In this document: piece after piece, positions 29,610 through 44,383 of the stretch | Numbering within the stretch: the stretch's first letter is position 1 | Layout of the letters: each line of letters opens with the position of its first letter | NCBI RefSeq assembly: GCF_009914755.1 | Contig: NC_060931.1 | Strand: one strand, 5' to 3' | Length of the DNA stretch: 64,000 nucleotides | DNA from: the human T2T-CHM13v2.0 reference genome, Homo sapiens | Made by a program: the position numbers and the translations under genes | The notes under the pieces: generated by a model | What the model saw: only the letters and a program-made list of their open reading frames with translations | What the model was told of the DNA's origin: nothing | Database searches by the model: none

Positions 29610-30560
29610 TTCTTGAGGCATAAAAAGACACAGTAAAATGTACACAATTAAATCATACAATCTGATATATTTTGACATATGTGTAACACCTTTGAACCCA
29701 TCATCATAATCAAGGAAATTAACATATTTATTAACACCAAATATTACTTTATTCTACTTTGCTGCTTAATTGTTTATAGTATACCTCTTTAACTTATTAC
29801 AGTCTACCTTCAAGCTAAATTATACCATTCTATTTCTTGTGTAAGAAGCTTACAACAGTATACTTTCTCCCCTTCTGACATTTGGGCTATCATTATCAAG
29901 TATTTTTTTCTGATTGTTATCGCTAAAACTTGATAAATTTTGTTGAAAAATATATATTATGTTGTTTTTGGGTGTAGTGTTTATAGATGTCATTTAGTCA
30001 AAGTTGGTTGGTTTCAGAATTTCCTTCCTGATCTTGTCCTTAAATGGTTCATCATTTATTGAAAAAGAGATATTAAAATTTCCTGCTATAATTCTGAATT
30101 TGTCTATTTTTTGCAGTTCTATCAGTGTTTGCTTCATGAGAATTCATACTATTGTTTTTCCCTGTATTTTCCATACACTCATGTACTGATGAGTACTCCA
30201 GTGAATACTAGAGGGATTCGTTCTACCAGTCCCTAAAAAGTTTATCTATGAAACTTTTTTGTTTGGTGCTCTTCCCTGGATGCTCCAGCAGTCTTTGCCA
30301 CCATGGATGCTCAGTCTTGTCTCCTGAAGTCAAGGTATCTTCTAGGCTCTGATTGGGCTTCCTTTACTAATGCTGAGGTCTGAAAATTCTCAGGAAGCAA
30401 TTATCTTGGCAACTGTAAGATTTAACCTCATTTATTTCCTGTCTCTTGGGGATCACTGTTTTGTTGCCTGATGTGCAGTGTCTTGCAACCCATTATTTTA
30501 TTTATTTTGTCTGTTTTATGGTTGCTTCAGGAAGGAGTGTAAATTTAATCACTGTAAGTC
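29610..30560 (-). mobile_element. Ancient L1M fragments
   Basis: Antisense 3'UTR motif TTTTGACATATGTGTAACACC and ORF2/5' motifs; fragmentary. Confidence 0.55.
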
Positions 30561-30779
30561 AATCTTGTTCAGACGTGAAGGTCTGAACACTATTTTTATG
30601 CATCTCTGCATCTCTGCCTTTCCTATACTCCACCTCTATCTTTGAATTTATATATGAATTGAAACAGTTTATCAAAGACAGTAAAATGTCTCTACTTTGA
30701 ATCAAATGATGTCTATATTTTAAAATACTGTACCTTCTGCATTGGTATAGTTTCATAGTTTAATATATAATGTTATTAT

Positions 30780-31130
30780 TCATTCATTCAACACATATTT
30801 ATTTAACAACTATTCTATGTCGTTTATTGTTATAGGTGCTGCTAAAAAAGTCAAAAAAAAACAAATGAAAATTCCTGCTGAATTATAGCTTATTTTTAGG
30901 AAGAAGGACAGAAAATAAACATAAAAGTAAGTAAAATCAATGTCAGGTGGTGACTAATGAAATTGCTAGAGGACAGAAAATGCTACAAAGTATGTAGTTT
31001 TTTATGGCATTACATAGAGGAGTCCAAAAAGATCTTACAGAGATGTTGATATTTTAGTAAAGACTTAACAGATGTAAGAAAGTAAACTCATGGAACCCAG
31101 GAAGTCTTTTCCTGGGGAATGCCTTGTGTT
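30780..31130 (-). mobile_element. L2 3' end
   Basis: CATTCATTCAACACATATTTATT terminus and downstream L2 motifs. Confidence 0.65.
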
Positions 31131-31158
31131 CTTCAGGAAGTAATATACCTGGAGTAAC

Positions 31159-31502
31159 TGCCACATACTGAATGCTTTCTACCCAAAATTCATACATAAA
31201 AACGTAATCCCTAATGTGATGGAATTAGGAAATGAGGCATTTAGGAGCTAATTAGGTAGAGCCCTCCTGAATGGGATTAGTGTTGTTATAAAAGAGGCCT
31301 CAGAGAACTCTCTTGCCCCTTCTGCCATGTGAGGTTACAGAAAAAAGATGTCTATGAACCAAAAAATACACCTTCGCTGGACACAGAAACTACTGGCACT
31401 TTGATCTTGGGCTTTCAGCCTCCAGAACTATGAGAAAAAAATTTCTGATTTTTATAAGTCACCCAGTCTATGGTGTTATAGCAGCCCCAATGGACAAATA
31501 AA
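31159..31502 (+). mobile_element. MLT1A-type solo LTR
   Basis: AATGGGATTAGTGTTGTTATAAAAGAGGCC...CAGCCTCCAGAACTATGAG...TTATAGCAGCCCCAATGGAC. Confidence 0.85.
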
Positions 31503-33663
31503 GTAGATGAAGATTTTTCAGTTAGTGACTGTCTATAATCCTGGTAGTAACAACAAAATTAAAATTAATTATTTTCTTACTTAAAATATAACTGTGGTTC
31601 TTTAAAGGATTCTGTGTGTGTGTGTGTGAAGTATGGTGTTTGAGAAAGGAAAAAATGTTTTTAATTACTACAAAATCCTCCTATTTTCACTGTTATATAT
31701 TACAATGTGTTATTTCATATAAAATTATTTCATTTTATTTTAATAACCACCATAAGTGATCAAGGCAGGAATATTATTATGCTTACTTCTAAATGGCAAA
31801 ATTGTCACTCTAAACCTTTGAATTGATAGCCTGTTTCTAAGGCTGCATTCTTTCAGTGTATGGGAATATTATGCCTGATTGCAAAAGAGTATTATTCCTT
31901 TTTCTTAAAAATATACTCATTATTATTTGTCCTTATTATATTTCTCCCTTTGTGTCATTCTGATATTGCCTAGCCAAATGTCCTTTTTTCCCCTTTTTTA
32001 ATGTAGTATTTGAATGGGTGAATATTTTTTAATTCCACTTAGCTTCAGTAGCACAGTAAGATTCACAAGTATATGTATATTATTTTATATGTATATTATG
32101 CTAAATATATATTAAAATAGTCTAGTTGTCATCATACTTATTATTCTGAATTATAGAGAAATTTAGGTATTTAGTTCTGCACATAAATAAATCTCCCACA
32201 TACTGTAAATAACAAGAAAAATAATATCAATATTACTACTCTTCCACAATTTTTTGTGAATATTAATGGTAATATGCAACTCACAACTCTAGTTATAGCT
32301 TATCAAACAAGGAATTTCTTAAAATTGTAACCCCAAATATGTATGTTCCATAGATACATGACAGTTAAACAAGTGCTTAATCAAACAAGTTAACAAAAAA
32401 AAAATGCAGGTTTTTAGAACCTATCTTAAAACTCTAATTAGAACAAGAAGATGTACAGGAAAATTCATGCAGTGAAACAGGTAATTGTCAACATTAATGA
32501 TCATTTTGTCAGGTATATCCCTGCCCTAGATAAATACACTAAATGTAAAGTTTTTAAAAAATGACAATTTGCTTCATGTTATATTTGATCCTATACAGTC
32601 GCAATATACTTTGTTATATGAGTCCAGTATTTAAATTATCTTACTTTTTAAATGAAAACATTATGCATTTGTATATATGTGCTTGTGTGCATGTATCACT
32701 AGATTGTAAGTCTAGTGGAGTGGTGTGTTCAATTCTTCTTTCGCAGTCGGCTGCTCCCCTAACAACCACCCCATCTCTGTGACTAACACCATACTTGGCA
32801 TGTATTAGCAGGCACTCAACTCATGTTTCTTTCTTTCTTTTTTTGCACTGTAACCACACAATTTTTATTTGTCAACTAAGGAAGGCAGGAAGAACAAGGT
32901 GTATATTTATATGGTTAAATGTAGCCAATATTTAAAACACTTTACTCTTAGATAATAGATTGATATTTTTCTTGACATAGATTTTCTTTTTTCTTTGATG
33001 TAAGTATGATAATAGATGGAATGATAGACAGGGTTTTTAATTTTGTATGTCAGTCATTAGTAGACAAAGTTAGCAAACTTTTGTCAGTTTCCCATCTTTT
33101 GTTTTGTTTTATTCTGTCTTTCTCTCTCTCTCTTTCTCTCCCACTGTGTGTGTATCTTTTAAATTTACATTGGTCCATAAAATCCAAGAATCTGGAACTA
33201 CTGAAGTATATGACTCTAAGCCCACTTCCAACTCTGGATTCTGAACTCTACAACTGAACTTTATTTCCAACAAATGTTACAGTCTACCTTAAAACATTAT
33301 GTGGACAAGCAAGGAAAAGCATGTTCCTCACTTGTCCCCATAAGAAAGAGATGGAGCATCTCTAGACTCACTCTAATATTTCTATCTGGGCAGCTGCTGC
33401 CAGAGGAGGAATTGGTCATATTACACTATAAGTCACCTTGGAGTGTTGTCCCCAAATTTTTATTTTGAAAATTTTCAAAGCTACAAAAGATCAGTTTATG
33501 TTTCTTGAAATGGAATTGCTGATTTTTTTAAATGATTAACTGAAACTTCCTTTGAACAAACAAAACTCCAAGTACATACCATAATAATAATGATAATGAG
33601 AAATAAATAATATTGTACATAAAATTAAAGTACTGATGAAAAATACATCTTCTGAAATTTTAA

Positions 33664-35225
<1,562 letters not shown>

Positions 35226-36608
35226 GAGGTAGAAGAATTGGTTAATAATCTTAACCAATTCTTAATGTAAAGGAGGCGTAAATGGAAAGGAGGCTTAGGG
35301 GAAATAAAAAACTTCATTCTAAAAAATCTTAGTGGCTAGTGAAAACAGCCCTTTTTCTTCTATTTTGCTTTTCCAGCTGTTGGTATTTCAGACTCTGATA
35401 TTTTATTCCTGGTCATTATCCCAAAACATTGATGATTAGGAATTATAAAGAAATGTTGATATCCCCAAATTAATATAGCAACTATTTTCCAATTCTGTAA
35501 GTAGGTTTCTTCTTTCTTTCCTAATGTGAAATTAAGTTATTTTGACTCTCACTATAAGATCCTACTGACGTTTTGACCTTGGAGGTATCATAATATAAGA
35601 CGTTTCCTCTTATATTATGTATCCTAGACAAGAAGGCATGATTCCTATAATTTTTAGTACTTTTGCATGCCCTTTGTTTTAACCTTAAAAAATTATTTAT
35701 ACTAAAAATATAATTGGTATAGTGTTAGATATATGCCTTATATTTTAAATAGTCTTTTCTATTGTTTTTCTGCTTTTTAAAATTTTTTAAACAATTTTAT
35801 TAAGGCATAATTGGTATTTAAAGCTGCATATATTTAATGTATACAATTTGATAAATTTGCACATATGCATATACCCATGAAACCATAACTATAGTCGAGG
35901 TAACAGACATATCTATCACTTTAAAGTTTTCTTGTGCCTGTTTTCTTTTATTTTCCTTGTTACTCAACATGAAACTTTATTAACAAAATTCTAAGTTGCA
36001 CAATACAGTATTGCTAACTATAGGCAGAATGTTGTTCAGCAGATCTGTAGAACTTACCCGTCTTCTATAATAAAAACTTTGTATCCATTGAACAACTCCC
36101 AATTTCCCCCTCCTCTCATTCCCTGGCAACCACCATTAAATTCTCTGCTTCTGTGAGTTTGACTATTTTAGATACTTCATAAAAGTGGAATTATGCAATA
36201 TTGTTCTTTTGTGACTGGCTTAATCCATTTAGCATAATGTCCTTCAGGTTCATCTATGCTTTACAAATGACAGGATTTCCCTCTTGTAAAGGCTAAATAA
36301 CATTCAATTGTATGAATATATCACATTTGCTTTATTCTTTCTTCTGAACATGGACATGTGAGTTGTTTCCATAACATGGTTATTGTGAATGCTGCTGCAA
36401 TAAACATAAGAATGTAAATATCTCTTTTGATGATGATTTCCATTCTTTTGGCAATATACCTAGAAATGAGAATGGTGGATCATATGGTAGTCCTACTTTT
36501 AATTTTGGAGGGAAAGTCCATACTACTTTTTCATAGTAGCTATACCATTTCGCATTCCCACTAGCAATGTATATGGGATCTCTTTTCTCCACGTCCTCAC
36601 CAACTCTT

Positions 36609-36913
<305 letters not shown>

Positions 36914-37141
36914 CAAGTATGAGGTAATATATCATTTTAGTTAGGTTGGCATTTCCTTCATGACAAGTGATGTTGAGCACATTGTCCTATACATGTCGGC
37001 CATTTGTATGTCTTCTTTGGAGAAATGTTTAAATACTTTGCCCATTTTTAACCAGGCTTTTTTTTTTTTTTTTTGGATTTTGGTTTTTGATATTGATTTG
37101 TAGGAGTATTTTACATATTTTGGATATTTTTATTTTAGCCG

Positions 37142-37509
37142 GGATATGGTTTGGCTCTGTGACCCTACCCAAATCTCATCTTGAATTGTGATCCCCATAA
37201 TCTCCACCATGTCAAGGGAGGAACCCTATGGGAGGTGATTGGATCATAGGGGCGATTTCCTCCATGTTGTTCTCATGATAATGAGTGACTTCTCGTGAGA
37301 TCTGATGGCTTTAAAAGGCAAATTTCCCTGCCCTTGCTAATTCTCCCTCACCTGCCACCATGTAAGATGTGCCTCTTCCCCTTCTGGCGCAATTGTCTAA
37401 GTTTCCTGAGGCCTCCCCAGCCATGTGGAACTATGAGTCAATTAAGCCTCTTTATAAATTACCCAGTCTTACGCAGTTCTTTATAGCAGTGTGAGAACGG
37501 ACTATATCA
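37142..37509 (+). mobile_element. THE1 (C/D-like) solo LTR
   Basis: GATATGGTTTGGCTCTGTG...CAGTTCTTTATAGCAGTGTGAGAACGGACTA. Confidence 0.9.
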
Positions 37510-38496
37510 GGTCCCTTATATATGCTTTGCAAACATTTTCTCCCATTTTGTAGTTTGTTTTTTTTTTCATTCTGTTGATTGTTCCTTCACTGTGCAGAAG
37601 CATTTTAGTTTGATGTAGCCATACTTGTCTATTTTTCCTTTTATCGCTTGTGCTCTTCGTATGATAGCTAAGCATTCATTCCTAAAACAAACATCAAGGA
37701 GCTTTTCCCCTGTTTTCTTATAGTAGTTTTATAGCTTCAGATCCTATGTTTAAGTTTTAATCCACTTTGAGTTGATTTGTTTGTTATGTTATAAGGTAAG
37801 AGTCCAAATTATTCATTTTCCATGTGGATGTCCAATTTTCCCAACACCATTTGTTAAAGTGATGGTCTTTCCCCATTGTATATTCCAAGTAGCTTTGTCA
37901 AAGATCATTTGACAGTAAATGGGGTTGGTTTATTTCTGGGCTCTCTTATTCTGTTTCATTGGCCTATATATTTGTATTTATGCTAGTATCATACTGTTTT
38001 GCTCACTCTAGGTTTCTAATATATTTTGAAATTGGGAAGAGTGCTGCCTCCATCTTTGTTATTCTTTCCTACAATCACTTTGGTGATTTGTGATCCCATA
38101 TGAATTTTAGGATTTGTTTTTATTTCTGTAAAAACTACCATTGGGATTTTGATGGGGATAGGATTGAAGCTGTAGATCACTTTGGATAGTATGGGTATTT
38201 AAACAACATTCATTTTTCATTTTCTTCCTTTCACTCTGCTTTTTATGCAGTCATAATTTGAATGTAAATTTAAGGCACTTCAGATGGAATTTTGGAATGT
38301 TAAAAGGTATCTCAAAATTGTCCAAGAATAGGGCATTTACTTTGTGATATCAAGCTGGTCCAAGGTTTATCAATCATCCTTGAATGTTTACATTTTAAAA
38401 AATGTTTATAAATAATATCTTGAGAGTGTTGGTGGTGAGGCTTAAAAATTTCATTAAGTAAATGCATAAGCCTAGGAAAAACTTATATAAGGTTTT

Positions 38497-38624
38497 GTTT
38501 GTTTGTTTGTTTTTGAGACAGAGTCTCACTCTTGTCACGCAGGCTGTAGTGCAATGGCGCAATCTCAGATCACTGCAACCTCCGCCTCCCAAGTTGAAGT
38601 GATTCTCCTGCCTCAGCCTCCTGA
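38497..38624 (-). mobile_element. Alu right-arm fragment (5'-truncated)
   Basis: (GTTT)n tail, GAGACAGAGTCTCACTCTTGTC...; approximate TSD ATAAG(G/T)TTTT. Confidence 0.9.
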
Positions 38625-39344
38625 TAAGTTTTTAATGAAAAACACAATCAAGTGGATCACTAGACTGGCCCACCACATTCTCTTCTCATAGACAGGCTAC
38701 CTAGAAAACTAAATGATTAGAGTTTTTTTCAGTTTTATTTACTCATGGTATTGTAATCATATGAAGAACACATTAAATATGCCATATAAACTCCTTTTTC
38801 ATATACATTATTACTCTATCCCCTCCCCTACATATATAAATTTACAATTTGATTTGTTAAAATTCTTAAGGCACTGATAGCCTTGCTCTGGAAGTTATTC
38901 AAGTTCTATAAGACATATTTTTAAATTTTTAAATACAGTGCAAAATTATTTTTTCTAACTCCCAAGTTCATGGGGAGTACCCAACTTATGGTTGAATCCT
39001 CATGACTGCTGAAACAGAAACTAATGAGAAATATAATTTTCTCTTCTCTCTGTTCCTTTTAATTTTTTACTTTTAAATTTATTTGTATTGTATTTGTGAA
39101 TATAAAAATTCTTAACATGAAATGTTGCTAAAATCAGCAATCCAATTGATTTCATGATATTAACTTAATACAAAACATGCACATCTAAATTCTAAGTGAA
39201 AGACACTCCACCTTCTTTACTATGATTGTTATTATTAATCTATCATAATATTTACTATTTTGGTAAAAAATGATTTCATATTTTCTTTTATTATTTTACA
39301 TATTCAAATATATTTTAATTTATTCTTCAACCTATTATTTTAGG

Positions 39345-39510
39345 ATAAATAACCACATGCCAGCACAAGAGAGGATTTTCTGGTGGTGATAATGTTCTGT
39401 TTCTTTGTCTGGGGGTTTGTTATGTAGGAGATAGTCTTTCAATCTTTGTAAATATTCACCAAGTTGTGCAATTAAGACTTTTACATTTATTGCTTAGTTA
39501 AAAAAAAAAA
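39345..39510 (+). mobile_element. L1ME/L1MC 3' end fragment
   Basis: GCACAAGAGAGGATTTTCTGGTGGTGATAATGTTCTGTTTCTT...A tail. Confidence 0.55.
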
Positions 39511-41149
39511 GTCAAAAGAATTTTGAGGGTAATCTGCAATTTACACCATGGAATATTTAGCTTTTATGAATTTTAAAATTTACAAACAGCATTGTTAATC
39601 ATATTTAATATGTAAGTTTTCTAGATATTAATATACATAATTGTATTTAATGTATATATTTTTATAATAAAGACAGAATGCAATTGAGTCATCTCTTTCA
39701 ATGCCCAAATTATATAAAAGAGCAAAAGTGACACGAAATGATTATAGTTAATTAGAGAAAGAACTAGAATCATAAACTGGCTCACTGAATAAAATTCTCT
39801 TTTGATGTATTTAAAAATAATCACTGGGTCATTCTGCAATTAAACTTGCTCAGAAAAACAAACGGCATCAAAAGAGGGTAAGTAAAAGATTATATGAGAT
39901 ATGCAATCTGAAATGATTATCTCTAGTTGTTTAAAGCTCATTTTAATTTATATTTGATAATTATATTCTCCATAATATGAAATTTTTACTTTGTGGGTTG
40001 CCATGAAGTACTGTATATGATTTTGCAGGGCTACCATGTAATGGTGTCATCAATTTCATGAGTATAAATGACATTCTGAAGCTTGGGTGATTTGTTAAGC
40101 TTGCCGAACGGAAATGAAGTATTTTGTATTTCAAGTGCATTTTTATTATGTCTATTTTGAGTATATGTTATCTAATTTCATGTACATTTTATTGATAAAT
40201 TTACAGATTTAATTCCCTTTCTACTACCTTATCTATTATAAGCCACAGTCTCCATAATAGCATTAGGAAAACTAAGGCTGACATGCAAGCTAGTACTTTT
40301 TCATCTGGGACACACAGAGGTCACTATACCATTATGATCTTTTATAGAGCAATATATAATTTAACTAGAATTTTTTCCAACAAGATATTATCTGAGATAA
40401 AAATACTTAGTAAGTTTCCAAAGCGATTAAACATTTATACAAGAATAGCATATGCTAGGCTAAAAATAAAGGCTATTAATAAAAGCCTTTATGCAGTATT
40501 GCTGTCATCAAATCCATCTGTCCCTGTGAGGATTCAGCATGTTCATTTCTAGTGCCAAAAGCGCTGTCCTGTGTTCAAGGGCTTTGAATGACCTGTCCAC
40601 CCATGAATACAGTCATCTCTCTATATTCTTTCTGCTGAATGACTGTGGCCTAAAAGAAAGAATGCTGCACTTTGAATACAGTGATCATCCTTCCCATTCT
40701 GCCCCAAAAGTTTTTGAGCTCCAATATATCATTTATACAGCTAATGCCTCAGTCGCCTTGCCTAGAAAATGGAGCCAACTGACTTTCAATTTAACTGATA
40801 AGTTGCTTTTATAATTAATACAAGATGTACTTGAACAAATTGTATACTTAGATTGATTTTAGTATATCAAGAGCTAGACCTTTAAAGAGAAAGTAAGTAG
40901 TGAGAGCATCAATTTCACACTTCTGTCTGATGAATCAATCCTTTCCAGACTTACTCATATTTATTCGTATGTGGAATATCTATGGTAATTTGGAACTCAT
41001 TACCATTCAGAGTGGCTTCTCCTATCATGAACTACAATTGTTAAATGTTGTTTTCTATTAAGTCAAAATTTACTTTTTTATTGTTTCTATTCAATGCTGT
41101 CAAATTGCTTTAGCTCACACAGAACAAATGTAAACTTTTTTCTAATTTA

Positions 41150-41440
41150 ATAGGTAAGCATTTATTAAATGTCAATTAGATTATAGAAATGTACATGATA
41201 TAAGCCATATTCTAAATGGTGTAATGTGAGAGATAGATAAGAACATCATTAAAATACAATGGACTAAGTACTATACAATGATGTGCATAGGGTAGTAGGA
41301 TAGAAAAACAAGTGACACCTAGATAAGCTTGAGAAGGTTAATGAAAGCTATAAAGTGGGCTTTAAACTCTGTTAGGAATGAGAGATCACAGGGAAAAGGT
41401 GAGGGATGGCAGTCTAACAAGGAAAAGAGTATGCACAAAG
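41150..41440 (-). mobile_element. L2 fragment
   Basis: TAAGCATTTATTAAATG start and degenerate L2 motifs. Confidence 0.4.
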
Positions 41441-41840
41441 ACACGCCTCTGGCCATTTTCCAATACTTTAAAACTTACATTAATCAATTTCTAAAGCTAA
41501 AGAACAAAATTTTTATAATTTTGTTTTATTTTACATTTTTAAAGTCTATTAATCCCAGAGTTTCTCCTCTGATCATAATTTAATTTACCAAGCCCTTCTT
41601 AAACTGGGAGCCCTAAGAACCATATATTTTTGGCCTTGCTTGGTATTGGTTAGTATAGAGGTAAATATAGTATCAAATAATAAATTATCACTTGCAGTTG
41701 GAATTTTAAACAACTATTAACATTTGATGTAACATTGTTAGCAATATTTTATGTATGTAGTTATTGTTACATGAAAAATACAAATAGAGGATACATTTTC
41801 ATTTTTATTTCCTTTAAGACTTTTAAAATTCAACTAGTGG

Positions 41841-41972
41841 AGCAGGTACAGTAGCTTATGCGTTCAATCTCAGTGTTTTGTGAGGTCAAAGTGTGAGGAT
41901 TGCTTAAGCCCAGAAGTTCAAGACCAGCCTGGGCAACATACTATGTCCCTGTCTCAACCAAAAAACAAAAAA
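41841..41972 (+). mobile_element. FLAM (free left Alu monomer)
   Basis: GAGGATTGCTTAAGCCCAGAAGTTCAAGACCAGCCTGGGCAACATA plus A tail; degenerate TSD AAAATTCAACTAGTGG / AAAAGTGAATTTGTGG. Confidence 0.85.
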
Positions 41973-43633
41973 AGTGAATTTGTGGGTTATAAATTCAAAT
42001 CAAGTGACAAATGATTGATGGGAAAAAATGACGAAGATATATAATATTAGGAAAAGAGTAAAGAAATTTTAAAGATGTCCATACAAACAAACTCAATGCT
42101 CTTAGGAGGTAAATGTGAGTTGACTTTGGTACAGGTAAAAAGCAATGCTTTCACTGTCTCTAGTTTATTGTCATTTTGATTCAGTAAACCATATTTTTCC
42201 CAATTCCATTCCATAAAAATTAAAGACACTTCTTTAACATAGAGAAAGTTACATAGTAAATTATCATAATTAATTTTAAAATAATATTGGCTACATTAGA
42301 AAGGTAATTGGTGAGTTTTTAATAGATATAAGCCAGTCAAGAAGTTGGCACTAAAATTTCATGTAGACAGAAAAGTGACTAAATGTTATCACTGTCCATT
42401 AGAAGGTAACCAATTTAAACACACAGACACACACATATGTTAATACCACACAAAAATACACCAAGAAGCTATTTAAATTAATGATATAGTTGTATAAGTT
42501 GATATTATAAGAATTCCTAGGTGTGTGTCTACATTTATAATTTAAAAACTGCAGAACAATTGATATTCTAAGTTCCTAATTATATATTTTAAGTGTATTA
42601 TGTGTTCATCTAAATGGTTGTTTTTATGTGGCCAATTTAGAAATAATATACAATATGTTTATTGTGATTACTCCTGTAAGGATCTGGAGTAGATAATGAA
42701 TTATTTTATCATTTGGTATTACAAAGCCATCAATGAAATGACATCTTTTCTACATTTTTATCATTATTATATTAATGTACTATTTGTTATTTTATGATAA
42801 TATTTGGATAAAAAAACTAATTTAAAAAGGAAGGGAAAGAAGAAACAACTTAGCCATTTAACAGAGAGAGATGTTGAGAGCACAAACCCTATGGCTGAAG
42901 GAACTTGAGAGAACAAATAGAAGTTTAATGAAGATTTACCCAAGGTTGCACCGTGTTCAATCTGATTTCTCTGTATGGTTTCATAGACTTTAGGAAAAAA
43001 AAGAAGTGAGATAGCTTTGGTATGATTTTTTTCTTTTCAAGCTAGAAGAAGAGCTCAATGTCTTGCCAAGGTTGCTGAGTGAGGATGGAAAAAAGTCAGG
43101 TCAAGTGGTCCAGAGATGCAGCAGCTATCTCTTGGTGCAGTGTTTGACTGTCAGAACCTCAACATCCCAGATGACCCATCTCATATTCTGTCATCATTAG
43201 CAATGACGATAACTGAGGAAAAGCTGATACCAGAAAGAAACACCTGTGGGCGCATAGAGGAGGGTTCCTCCTCTATGTCTTCAACATGTATTCATTATTT
43301 CAGCTATAAATACTTATTTGCTGTAATCAACCTTTCCAGTATATTTTTATCCCATTTTCATTATGGAAAGATGCTTGTCTCCCAGTTTCTAAATGCATGG
43401 CAACACTTCCCACAGCTATATTACTGGAAGAAAAAGAGATAAACAAAAATAGAAATATGGAGGACATGACAGAAGGAAGATCTAGTAAGAGATAAAGTAA
43501 TAGAAAATAATTTATAAAATAATGTGATTGAATAGGTTCTTTATGGATTTAATTCATTGTATTGCAATATCACATTTATGTACCTATGTTCCTTTGCAGA
43601 CTACCAAATGCATCTAGAAGGTAGCACCTGTAT

Positions 43634-44383
43634 CTTTTTTTATTGTTATTATACTTTAAGTTCTAGGGTACATGTGCACAACATGCAGGTTTGTTACATA
43701 GGTATACATGTGCCATGTTCTTTTGCTGCACCCATCAACTCGTCATTTACATTAGGTATTTCCCCTAATGCTATCCCTCCCCCAGTCCCCCACCACCTAA
43801 CAAGCCCTGGTGTGTGATGTTCCCCTCCCTGTATCCATGTGTTCTCATTGTTCAATTCCCACTTATGAGTGAGAACATGCAGTGTTTGGTTTTCTGTCCT
43901 TGTGATATTTTGCTGAGAATGATTGTTTCCAGCTTCATCCATGTCCCTGCAAAAGACATTAACTTATCCTTTTTTATAGCTGCATGGTATTCCATGGTGT
44001 ATATGTGACACATTTTCTTTATCCAGTGTATTCTTCATGGATATTTGGGTTGGTTCCAAGTCTTTGCTATTGTGAATAGTGCCACAATAAACATACATGT
44101 GCATGTGTCTTTATAGTGGCATGATTTATAATCCTTTGGGTATATACCCAGTAATAAGATCACTGGGTCAAATGGTATTTCTAGTTCTAGATCATTGAGG
44201 AATCACTACACTGTGTTCCACAATGGTTGAACTAACCTATACTCCCACCAGCAGTGTAAAAGCATTCCTATTTCTCCACATCCTCTCCAGTATCTGTTGT
44301 TTCCTGACTTTTTAATTATTGCCATTCTAACTGGCATGAGATGGTATCTCATTGTGGTTTTGATTTGCATTTCTCTGATGACC
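43634..44383 (-). mobile_element. 5'-truncated L1PA (PA6-PA8-like), ~750 bp
   Basis: TATACTTTAAGTTCTAGGGTACATGTGCAC...; ORF2 C-terminal peptide [13 protein letters not shown]. Confidence 0.93.
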
